Positions 10,401 through 20,500 of a DNA stretch of 64,000 nt are shown here, in pieces; position 1 is the stretch's first letter; each line of letters begins with the position of its first letter. The notes beneath the pieces are model-generated. The model saw only the letters and a list, made by a program, of their open reading frames with translations, did not search any database and was not told the DNA's origin. Source of the stretch: Monocercomonoides exilis PA203 (Eukaryota; Protista; Preaxostyla); assembly GCA_001643675.2 (NCBI GenBank), contig LSRY02000005.1:1674001-1738000 (forward strand). The letters run 5' to 3'. Made by a program: the position numbers and the translations under genes.

Positions 10401-11141
10401 CAGTAACTGTTTGTACAATTCAGGAGTCAGTTTTTTGGATTTCCACTTGTTTCCGATTTTAAATGTGAACACATATTTATCTTCTTTCGTAATTTTATCA
10501 ACAAGTGACTCAAGATATTTTTTCAATTCAGGAAACAGTTTAGCACGTGTTTCGTTATTCAACATTTCGAAATCAATTTTATTATTTGTTCTGAGCTCAT
10601 GTAGCTGTTCATCCAATAATTTAGTTTGTTCAGTATCTGTGTTCATTTCCAAGAATTCTTTAAAGTCCTTACAAGCTTCACGAGCTTGCTCATCTCCAGT
10701 GCTAACGAATTCACCTCCATAAGTATCTTTTTTATTAATCTGATGATATCTCATCATTTTTTCTGCTAGTACTGGAATATCACTTAATAATTTTGCTTTT
10801 TCTTTTTTGAGAACTGCAATTTGATCATCTAGCTCTTTTGCTCTTTCACGTCTCAATTTGAAAGTGTTTGCAGCTTCAATAATAGAATTAAGTTTCTGTT
10901 TTCTCAATTCTTTTCGTTCGTCATGTGTTTTAGATAGTTGTACATCGTCATATATATTTTCGTCAATTGCATTTAAAAACTCTTGTTCTTGAATCTGTTG
11001 TTTTCCATAATCTTTCAAAAGTTTCTTATTTTTTTGATAAGATCCCCTTCCAAAAGCAGGAATAACGTTAATTCGAAATAATGTTTTTGCAAGTATTTCT
11101 GACGGCTTCAATTTCTTATTCTTAAAATTTGGTTTGCTCAT
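7467..11141 (-). CDS. Protein-primed family B DNA polymerase (pPolB) with long N-terminal extension
   Basis: ExoI YADFEAD, ExoII YFHNLKYD, ExoIII YCEQD, motif A DYDAVSLYASAM, motif B KLIMNSLNGK, motif C YQDTDS, KxY (KKMY), RMKGI. Confidence 0.95.
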   Translation of the reverse strand: MSKPNFKNKKLKPSEILAKTLFRINVIPAFGRGSYQKNKKLLKDYGKQQIQEQEFLNAIDENIYDDVQLSKTHDERKELRKQKLNSIIEAANTFKLRRERAKELDDQIAVLKKEKAKLLSDIPVLAEKMMRYHQINKKDTYGGEFVSTGDEQAREACKDFKEFLEMNTDTEQTKLLDEQLHELRTNNKIDFEMLNNETRAKLFPELKKYLESLVDKITKEDKYVFTFKIGNKWKSKKLTPELYKQLLSNFSEKNFMIDLYVDNLNINFSDPEESDIPSWSLYSAIHIMKLEDFIKLHPSSKIEKQIYKDKGGHFFDYVTVESVKKPVIDYLNRLQIFDKLTDINNRTRKELYDCCWIYALKSSGLFDDETLDKIRLRVKNKYLSSTKIDAICEEFYIHCIIHELDDEVVGHNKCRLSAPQKALKRKTYLGVDKKEAKYILELNLYQKHYFIEERSPITEYYLDHMNTLNETEYNVFYEGSHKCRAKGKRTKEALTSRNLVKKMFAKQLFRPITYSEYLKISDITKPSVKQINDLHYNPKFCLKSFEQIAKEKEFNSIRYKSKTISDYYYADFEADTTGIHRAFYCCITNENEIKHFKGEDCAIELLKYIPDNSCVYFHNLKYDFCMIAKHVDELSNQIAKDNRLMRITVKYNKKTIVFKDSFSIIPSALKQFPKMFNLKNTQKELFPYNYYTLERLKNNTGIISEAGEYEAKKWNLEDYELFNKNINTIPGCRLSDNTFDMYKYCGFYCEQDTKILREGFLKFREGFMNDFDIDIHDYCSISSLADATLTKQVYSKNKNLYKLGGIIREFMQQAVHGGRCMTAYNKKWHSTTPIVDYDAVSLYASAMHRLYMVEGTPSVIETDEQRSYEFFQNQSAYVVEIEITKVNKHFAFPLLVFEDDEGNNFNNDVIDKPVRTAVDNIYLEDLIEFQKIEFTIIKGYFWTGNRDYSIQKVIGDIFNKRAAYKKEKNPLEVIYKLIMNSLNGKTIQKPVDYEIKYINENDIGKYWSKNYNKIIESSKIADSRNKTHVVKTQKQIDTHFTFNLFGIHILSMSKRIMNEVMCLAHDLNCQIYYQDTDSMHIRIDDLPRLEEAFKIKYNRDLKGTQLGNFHSDFPLNALYASESYFLGKKMYIDKLVLPENKTSNMFRMKGIKQSAVEAKAKDSDNSNDSLMKLYKYIYKGKTVEFDLTNGSPCFEFEKDFTVASLDTFKRRIKTSLEKGIPPKG

Positions 11142-11150
11142 AATTCCTTA

Positions 11151-11175
11151 TTTTATAGAAATTAAAAAATTTCGA
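11151..11175 (-). promoter_or_regulatory. Putative element promoter TCGAAATTTTTTA-N4-CTATAAAA upstream of pPolB
   Basis: Matches the motif at 2148-2171; ends 9 nt before the pPolB ATG. Confidence 0.55.
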
Positions 11176-11405
11176 TTTTAAAAAATCTCTGTCATTTTTT
11201 CCCCACAAAAATAGATCATGTTTAATTTTAAAAATAAATACGAAAAAGGGTCCTATTTAATTTTTTAGTAGAATTGAAAGTTTTGGAAATTTTTCAATAT
11301 TTGGGATTTTCTTTTGTGATTGATTTGATTTCAATAATTATTATTATTGATTGATTGATTTTAATTATCGATATCGATTAATTATTTATTGTTTAATTTT
11401 GATTG

Positions 11406-11438
11406 TCATTAAGCACTTTTCATTAAGCACTTTTCATT
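11406..11438. repeat. 14-bp tandem repeat (TCATTAAGCACTTT)x2.4 in the terminal non-coding segment
   Basis: Direct reading of the sequence. Confidence 0.85.
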
Positions 11439-11575
11439 TATTATTGTGAATTAGATTTTGATTTTGAGTTCTAAATTCACTGCGAATTTGACTGCAGCGC
11501 AGCTATGAGAAACTCTGTCTCATATATCGCAAAGAGGCATGATTTATTTGATTTGACAAATGTTTGAAAATTTGT

Positions 11576-11647
11576 CGCCTCTAACGGGTATTGAACCCTT
11601 GACCTTAATTATGAAAGGCCATGGTATTACCCTTAAGTTATGAAAGC
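11576..11647 (-). pseudogene. Degenerate tRNA-like sequence (72 nt) within the Polinton terminal region
   Basis: Minus strand GCTTTCA-TA-ACTTAAGGGTAATAC-C-ATGGC-CTTTCAT-AATTA-AGGTC-AAGGG-TTCAATA-CCCGT-TAGAGGC-G. tRNA spacing, T-loop/B-box and acceptor stem are retained; D and anticodon stems pair poorly. Confidence 0.55.
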
Positions 11648-11868
11648 TTAATATGAACATGCATATTTCAAATTTGCTTTTATTTCAAAAAGAAAAAACA
11701 TGAACTGACAATTTTATTATGAATTAAAAAAATGAACTGAAATAATTTAAAACAGTAAATATTTTAGATCGCACTAAAGTATGTGAAAAAACACCTCATT
11801 TTTCAAATATTTATGCTTTATTTAAGTTGAAATTTATGAATTTTCTTGTTTGATGTTATTTGGAGCCG

Positions 11869-11922
11869 TAATGTGAGTAATTTGGGCCACATTTTTAAAT
11901 GTGGGTTTAATTACTCGCATTA
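11869..11922. other. Subterminal imperfect palindrome (26-nt arms, 2-nt loop) 10 bp from the element end
   Basis: TAATGTGAGTAATTTGGGCCACATTT-TT-AAATGTGGGTTTAATTACTCGCATTA: 21 Watson-Crick pairs, 3 G:T pairs and 2 mismatches. Confidence 0.85.
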
Positions 11923-11932
11923 TATAGTAGTA

Positions 11933-12627
11933 AGTCATTGGGTTGTGATTTTGTATTCCAATGTTGAAAATTTCGCAACCACTTCAAAAACTAATGCTTA
12001 AGTTCAAATAAAGTTAAGAAGTTTCTTATTGTCATTTTCACTTTTCAGTATTCATTTGTTGATGTTTAATAGAAATTTTCGAACCGAGATTTTTGAATGA
12101 AATATTTTGATATAAATAATAATCACCCATTTTGTGAATAAAACAAGATAAGATTCATTTTTGATTGTTTATTTTTATTGTTTTGAATAAGAAAAAAAAA
12201 AATTCATATTTCAACTGAAAATTATTTCTGTTTGGTTTGCAAATGAACAGAAATATAATTATCAAAAAGAACAACAGAATTTGTTTCTTGAAAATGCATC
12301 ATTTTTCATATTTCAATAAACGATGTTTCTGATTTTTAATAACTTTTGAATTGAAAAGTCACACAAAATAATTTGTTCATTTCATTAGTGAAAATGTTTC
12401 TTATTTCGTAATTGAATGAATTTTTACAACTATTGTCAGTCAAAAAAACAAAATTATTATAATTTGAAATTTGATGTTCAAATAATGTTATCCAAAAGAA
12501 TCATATATTAAAAAGAAATGAAAAAAACTTCATTAGATCTCTGAATTTTTTTGAAAGGGAAATTCCATTCGTAAATCACTCTGAAATCATATACAAAATG
12601 GAACATGTTCAAACAATTTTATTTATT
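11933..12627 (+). repeat. Dispersed AT-rich host repeat, copy A (interrupted by the Polinton)
   Basis: 11933-11983 matches the reverse complement of ~49443-49495; ~12212-12627 closely matches the reverse complement of ~48778-49192. Confidence 0.9.
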
Positions 12628-12825
12628 CTCTTTTTTTGTGTGTTATTTTGTAACTTCCGTAACATATGAGTGATTGTATTCGAAACTACATTTCTTTTGT
12701 CAAATTTTTCAGCTTGAATATTTGTTGTGAATATTCATATAGGAACCTTGAAATTTGATGGGTCTATTTAATGATGTCTCTTCTATTTTTTCAAGTCAAA
12801 CTTTGGATTCAGAAACAATATGTCC

Positions 12826-13026
12826 GATCCTTTTTGAAATCAAACTTTCGTTCGAGTTTTGATCGAATTTTTTATTTCAATGGGATTATGTAAAAAATGA
12901 ACTTCAACAGAAAATACATACATCTTATGATAATGAAATTAGATAGAAATTTTTTTTTATAATAAATCCCATTGAGTTTAAATTTTTGATCAAAATTCGA
13001 AGGAAATTGTGATTTCAAAAAGGATC
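12826..13026. repeat. Foldback / MITE-like element: ~62-bp imperfect inverted repeats around a ~77-bp spacer
   Basis: GATCCTTTTTGAAATCA...TCAATGGGATT (12826-12887) versus AATCCCATTGA...TGATTTCAAAAAGGATC (12965-13026). No clear TSD. Confidence 0.75.
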
Positions 13027-13192
13027 AGCCAAATGAAAACAATTTTAATTTGATTGAGAATTTTTTTTGCAAATGACAATGAATTTTCAAAATCATGAAC
13101 ACTCAGAAAAAAAGTTATAATTTTCATTATAATCACACAAATTCAAAAAGCAATAAATATCACCTCATTTTTAAGAAAACAAAATTATTATA

Positions 13193-16100
13193 ATGGGTAA
13201 GATCTTAGAAGAAAACGTAATTAAAGGAAATAACGTCTTTTCTGCTTTATGGCATTTATTAAATCAGAATACGAAGATATATTTCGTATTCTTCAACGGT
13301 CTCCTCGAGTCAAACTCCAGCAAGGACTTAGCGAACAGGGTTTGTTATTGTATTTAAAAATTTGTTAAACCTTTTCTTCTTCAGAGCTCCTGGACGTTCA
13401 AAAATTTTTTGGTGTTATATTTCCACCAGATCTCGCCAACTTTTTTCGATTTTATCTTCCAACAGGTTTGCTTATTAAAAATGCTATTATTTGATTTTAT
13501 CTCTTTTTGCTGTTTAGGAAATGGATGGGTCAATTGGTATGATCATTGTTCTGATAAATTGCTTAATTTATGACTTTTTGAATTTGTATTTTATCTATTT
13601 GTTTAGGCGTTCGCTAAAAATATTTTCATATGAATCAGAGAAAGATGAAGTGATCAACAATTTCCTGCCAACACCAACATCTTGCCATGAAGTTGATATG
13701 ATTCATTATACACTTCTACAACAAATACTCAAAGACGTTCAAATGGGATTATTTTGGACATCGGCTTTTGGAGAGAAGCCTTTCAATATGATCGATTCAT
13801 TAGAAAAAGCGAGAAATGTTCTTTTATCATCCGAAGTTCCACCACTTATTCCTTTATTTAATAATCTTTATATTCCAAGCTTTCCAAGTGAGCAAGGAAA
13901 TCCTATTTTCCGTTGCCAACGAAGTTCTGTCGAAATAGTTGGCGAAAATTTATTTGATGGAATAAGGAATGTTTTAGCAGAAAACTCAACAGACAAAAGA
14001 GAGATATTACAATCCAGCAAATTTATTCCTTTTTGGTCAATTGTTGCCGAAGAGCGGATGCTTGTTGAAGATATGGATAATGGCAGAGTGAATAATCTGA
14101 AAAATTCTCAATTTGAAGGAGGACAATCCAAATCTTTATTTAGCCATCCGAATTATTCACATTCAATGACAGGGATACCAGAAATGAGAACAGGAGTAGG
14201 AAGAGGATACGGAAGAGGGAGCGCTGCTGTTGTGGATTATCAAGGAAGAGGAGGTTCTTTCAGCAGATTTGGGCAAGAAATATATGACAACCACTCTTAT
14301 TCAGGCTATGGAAGAGGCGCAGGAGTTGGAAGGGGAAGAGGAATTGGAGGAGCAGCGTCAGGATACAGATACAACTTGGAGGAAGGGGCAGAGAGGGGAT
14401 ACGGCGGAAGCTATGCCTCTAGCTACAGAAATGGCAGTGTTGAGGGAGGAACAGCAGATGACTTGTATATCGATGCAGAGGAGTATGCAGACGAGGAAGG
14501 CGGTGCTTACACGACAGGACCGCAGATGATGGAAGGAATGGGGATTGACTCAGAAGGGTATGATGAGGAGGGAATCGAAGACGAATATGGAACACTTGAT
14601 GGAGCTGGGGTCGGAGCTGGAGGTGAAGTTTACAGAGCAGGGATGATGAATGGGATGAGAAGCAGCAGAGCAAATGCGATAGCGAAGGATAGAGAAAGTT
14701 TATTTGAAAAACAAACTTCATTTCCTTCATATGCATCTGCATCTGCCTCTGCTTCAGTTCCATCTTCAGCTTCGGCTTCATCTTCAATGTATGCGGGGAA
14801 TTCTGGTTATAATCCATCAAATTCTGCCTCACCGATAGATGCAACAGCACCTGCGATGCACTTTATATCACCTGCACCAGCATCAAGCTCCACAAAACTG
14901 CCAATGAATTCTTCGTCTTCATATCCATACAACACCAACATAGCTGCTAACACGCTATCACCATCTGGAGTTTACAACCAAAATTTCAAAGAATCCTCTC
15001 AAATGAACAGAGCACCAATGATGACTCAGAGGATGAGAATGGCTGGAGAGCAGAGAGATGCATTGATGGAGCCAACTGATGATATTGTTGCTGCTGATGT
15101 TGAAGACGGATATGATTATGCTGAGATGGAAGCAGCAGAAGCAGAAGAAGAAGCAGATGGGCAGTTGATCGATGACGTTGCAGCACAGAGCAAGGCATTC
15201 AATTTCAGAGGGAAGCCAATTGGATATCAGCAGCAGTATTTAGGCGCGCAACAAGAGTACAATGAAGACCTCTCACCAGAAGACATGGGAGAACAATACT
15301 ACAACCCAGAGGACGAAGAAGAGCTGGATGATGATGAACTGCTGATGAGTGGAGATGACCAAGTGGAAGAGATGGAGGAAGGGGTTGTTGGAATGGCAGA
15401 TGTGGCTGAAGGCGGAGTGATGCCGCTGGCGATGAAGCAGAGGAGGATGGAGATGATGCTGTTGAACAGAAGAAGACAACAACAGCAGCAGCAGCAGCAG
15501 ATGGCATTGCTCCGACAAACACAGAGAAGCAGAGCAGGATTGAATGGAATGAATGAGATGTATGGAATGACCGATGCAGAAGCAGATGAAGAGGGTTTGT
15601 ATGATGATGATGTTATTGAAGGCAATGATGGAGTGGAGGAAGAGGAAGACGAAATGGATGGCATGATTGAAGGAGCCGAAGGAGAAAACATGCTAACAGA
15701 TGAAATTTATGCAGATGAGATGGGCGAGGGGATGGAAGAAGGAGAAGGAGAAGAAAGAGGAGGTGGGGGTGAAGAATATATCGTTTCTGAGATACCAACT
15801 GTGAATGTGCGGGCGAATATCGAGACACTGAAACATGTTGTACATGCGAAGGAATTCAAGCCAGTGAAGAAAGTACTCGAGAAGATTGCACTGAAAGAGG
15901 TGGATTTTGTTCCGAAGAAAAAAAAGAAGATTTTGTCGCAATCAAAGGAAGATGCACAAAGTGATGTGAAAGTCAGTCAAACAGATGAAGTTTCAAAGGA
16001 GAAAACGAATGTGAATGAGAAGGCAGATGAGAAGACAAATGAAAAAGTGAGTGAGAAAGAGAAGGAGACAGAGCAAACAACAACAGCTTCTGATTCAGCA

Positions 16101-17492
16101 AATGGAGAAAGCGAGAAAAAAGCAGCTGCAATTAAGGCATCGCTAACATTGAACTCTCCTGTTTGGACGCCTTCATCATTATCATCCTCTTCCTCTGCAT
16201 CTGCTTCTGCCTCTTCTTCCTCTGCCTCTTCATCCTCCTCTTATCTCTCGTTTACCAGTTCAAGCAGCTCTCCACTTTCTCTTTCGTCCAAACAGAATGA
16301 ATTCGACTCAGAACATTCAAAAACTGATGCAAACACAAAAGAATGTTCCAATACTTCTGAAAAAGTGAATGAAAATTCAGAAGCTTCTTCAAAAAATGCA
16401 ACTGAAACCAAGCTGTTATCTAGTTCTTCTTTGGATTCTTCGCAATCTGCTTCTTCTTCTTCTTCTTCGTCTTCGTCTTCGTCTTCTTCTTCCACTTCGT
16501 CTCTTCCATCTCTTTCTTCTCTTGTGTCATCAACTGTTCTCGATCCATTAACAGCGACTTCTTTCATTCCAAAGAAGAAATCACTTCGAACTTCGAACTC
16601 TGCCTCAGCTTCAGCTTCTTCTTCTTCTTCTTCGTCTTCTCCCTCCATTTTATCCGCTTCCTCCTCCTCTTCTTCCTCATCACCCTCATCACCCTCATCA
16701 TCATCATCATCATCATCTTCTTCTTCTTCTTCTTCTTCCTCCTCCTCCTCTTCTGCATTCACTTCTTCTCCATCTTCTCTGTCCATTTCATTTACTGCCT
16801 TTGATCTCTCCTCTCAACCTTATCACCCAAAGAACAAGAAGTCAACACCATCTCAGCTTTCTTCATCTCATCCAGTTAATACTCCCACATTCACTTCTTC
16901 TTCTACTTCTGCCTCTTCTTCTGCCTCTTCTTCTGCTTCTGTTTCTTCTTCATATTTATTTGCTTCATCATCATCTGCTTCTTCTTCTTCCAACAATCTT
17001 TCTGAGTCTCCTTCAAACACAAATTCGCTCTTTCTCACCCCTCCTTCTCTTTCTCTCTCATCGTCTCGTTTTTCAAAGGAAAATACGAATCAACTGCTTC
17101 CTTCGTCATCATCATCTTCTTCTGCTTCCATTTCATCAATCTTTCGTTCCCCTAAAACAACCATTCAACAGATATTGGCCAATACTCAATCAGCTTCTTC
17201 AAACAATTCATCATCATCATCATCATCATCATCATCTTCTTCTTCATCTCAATTCAACAATGATGCATCTTCAGACATTCATCCAGGTTTTCTTCTTCCT
17301 GCCGCTCCTCCTCCATCTTCATACACTTCATCATTTTCATCTTCTTCATCTTCTTCATCTTCATCATCTTCCTCCTCTTCTTCTCTTTCTCCTTCATCAT
17401 CATCTTCTTCTTCTTCAGACACAGCCATTTCACCATCATTCAACAAATCTTCATTTCATCACCCCATATCTTCTCATTCATCTTCCTCTCCC

Positions 17493-17523
<31 letters not shown>

Positions 17524-20500
17524 CTTCTTCCTCTTCCTCTTCCTCCTCCTTCTCTTCTCCCTCTTTTCCTCCTCCTGATTTTTCATTCAGCGTCGATAAA
17601 CTCAACAGCAATGGATACTCCAAGCAGCTCATCCTCAACCCATCTCTCTCTCCCAACGACATTCTTTCTCCTTCCATTCTGCTTCCTCTCCCACACATCC
17701 AACAGACAGCCATTGCTAAGCCCATTTCTGTCTCTTCTTCTCTGCCTCTTTCTGTCTTTGCTCGCTCTGCTGACACGAAAAATCACACAAACTCTTCTGA
17801 TTCTTCTTCTTCTTCTCCTTTCCTTTCTTCTTCCTCCTCTTCCTCCTCTTTCCCTTTGTCTTCTTCTTCTGTTCAAATCAAACAACCAGCTGCTATCCAT
17901 CCTCTTCCAGACTCCCCTTTAACCTTCAAGCTTCTCTCCACTCCTCCTCTCTTCGCCAATCAACTTCAGCACAGCCCTCAAATGTCTTCTCCTTATTCTC
18001 TCGCACCTCATTTATCTGCATCTTCATCAATTTCTTCTTCTTCTTCTTCTTCTTCTTCTTCTTCTTTTCCTTCTTCTTCTTCTTCTTCTTCCTCTTCCTC
18101 TTCCTCCAACATTTACTCCTCTGTCACTTCATCCCCTCAGCTCTCTACTTCTTCTCCTTCTTCTGTTTATTATCAGTTATCCCCCAATCCTCGTCTTTAC
18201 CCTCCTCAAAAGCAGACATTCTCTTCTCAATCGAATTCTTCCTATCCTTCGCCCAACAGTCTGCTTCAGTCAAGAAGAAGACAGCAACAATATCCACACT
18301 CAAAAAGAGAAGGAGAAGAGAATTCGGGAAATGCCTCAAAACAAGAGAATAGTAATAGCAATAATAATAATAACAGTATTTTCAATAATTCCTATTCAAA
18401 TGGAGCTGCTAATAGCAACATTGCTGATAACAGCAGTCAATACAGCCATCGTGCAAGCAACGCCAGCACCCCCGCCACACTTTATGTCTCTGAATTCTCT
18501 TCCTTCTCAAGATTCAAGAGAAATGACCCATCGTTTAGTAATGCAGCAACTTCTTCATCTGCTTCATCATCATCTTCTTCTGCTTCTTCTTCTTCTTCCT
18601 CCTCTTCTTTTTCTTACTCCTCATACGATGAGCAGAACTTCGACCATCTCCAAACATTCCCCATTCAGCCACTCAAACTCAAATTAACACCCGAAAACGA
18701 AGGCAAACCAAATAAAACAACAAAAAAAGATCGAAGCAAAAGACATTCTCTTTTCATCCAACAGAATTCTCCCCCATCTCCTCATCGTCCAAACCTCATT
18801 CCTTCTCATCTGCAGCATCTTCGTGTTCGCTCCTCTGAAACTGTTCCAGTTTCCTCTTCTACTCAAAATACTAAAACAAATGAAACATCAGAAATTTCAG
18901 TGGAAAAAAGCCAAAAAGTTGAAACTGGATCGTTTTCCTCAGAATCCAGCCAAGTTGGCAGCATTCTTCAGTCTTTACCTCCTCTCCCTGCATTCAACCC
19001 TCCTTCCTCTCTGAATTCTCCTCTTCCTTTGCCTCTCCCTCTTCCACAAACTGAGCCTGATGATGTGTTTCAACCGCCTTCACTGCCTCCTTCGCCTTCT
19101 CTGAATTCATTTGAATTCTCTCCCAGACAAATAGCGGAAAGAGAAAGAGAAGGTGGAAGAGAAGGAAGAGGAGGAAGAGAAAGAGGAAGAAAGAATAATA
19201 ATAATAATAATAACAATGCAATATCCAATGATTCCATTCACAAGAGAAGCAAACATCAAACAAGGAATAAAAAAGATAAACGCGCTGTTCGTTCAGCGCT
19301 TTCTTCGATTTCTCCATCTGTTTCGCCTTCTCTTTCTCCATCTTCTGTTCCCACTCCGCTTTCTTCTCTTTCTTCCTCTTTTTCTGCTTCTTTCTCTGCT
19401 TCTGTTTCTGGCTCATTTGAATCAGATATTTCATCATATTCTTCAGATCCCTCTCTCCTTATGCATTCATCGAATGCTTCTTCCAACCAAAATGAGAAGA
19501 AAGTGAAAGCGAAGGCAAAAGAGAAAGAAGGAGAAGGAGAAAGAGAAGGAAAAGAAAGTAGCAATAGCGGAAGAAGAAGAACACACGAACTGAACAAAGA
19601 AAGAGCAAAGAAAATTGAAAAGAGGGAAAGAATTTTCGAAGAGAACGAGACAAAATTCAATGAAAAATCTGATTCTGCTGAGAAGGTTAAAAGAGGAAGG
19701 AGAACATCTGTGATGAGGAAGGAGAAGGAGAAGGAGAAGGAGAGAGAAAGAGAGAGAGAAAAGGAAAGGGAAGAAGAGAAGAAGAAGAGAGAAGCGGAAG
19801 AAAAGCAGAAAGCGAGAGAGAAGAAAGAGAGAGAAGAGATGGAGATTGAAGATGAAATGTCATTTATTGTTCGGTTGGAGATGATAAACATGATGAAGGC
19901 GATGAAGAAGAAGCAGAAAGAAGAAGAGAAGAAGAGGAAGGAGAAAGAAAGAGAAGAAAGAAGAAAAGCGAAGGAGCTGGAGAAGCAGAGGAAGAGAGAG
20001 GAAGAGAGGAAGAGGAAGTTGGAGGAAGAGGAAGCAGAACGAAAGAGATTGGAAGAACTAAACAGAAGAAGAGAAGAAGAAGAAAGGATGAGAAGAATCA
20101 AGGAAGAGGAGGAAAGGAAGAGAAGAGAGGAAGAGAGGAGAAGATTGAGGGAAGAAGAGAGAAGGAGACAGATGGAGGAAGAAGAAGAGCGAAAGAGAAG
20201 AGAAGAAATACGAATGATGAGGAAGGAAGAGGAACAGCAGAGAAGAAGAGAAATTGAGGCGATTCGAAAGAAGAAAGAAAGAATGGAGCTGGAGAGAATG
20301 AATGATGCTGAAGCAATGCAGTTGACGAATGCTAACATCAGATATCAAAGGGAACTGAGAAGGAAAGAGAAGAGAGAGAGAGAAGCGAAGCTGATGATGG
20401 AGGCTGAGGAGCAAGTGAATGAAAGAAAGAGGATTTTGAAGAAGAGAGAGGAGAAAAGAAGTGCGCTCGAGAGGAAGAGAATGAGTATGGAAGATACAAG

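Larger units (their letters stand above)
1..11932. mobile_element. Polinton/Maverick-like endogenous DNA virus, right portion (left part, presumably with capsid/ATPase/protease genes, lies outside the window)
   Basis: Compact intronless gene cluster with protein-primed PolB, RVE integrase, SF3 helicase and KilA-N. It ends in TATATAGTAGTA at 11932, exactly where homology to a host repeat (copy at 49495 downward) begins. Confidence 0.92.

Noticed and set aside
1-11141. Alternative genetic code (UGA=Trp) for the Polinton
   Set aside because: The 1,224-codon pPolB and the other genes encode Trp with TGG and contain no internal TGA; an AT-rich UGA=Trp genome would use TGA often.
11576-11647. Functional tRNA-Glu gene
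   Set aside because: D-stem and anticodon stem do not pair; kept only as a tRNA-like relic.
13521-13606. ORF-track start MDGSIGMII... for the giant protein
   Set aside because: It reads through exon 4 in the wrong frame and through intron 13537-13606; the spliced model restores conserved domain motifs.
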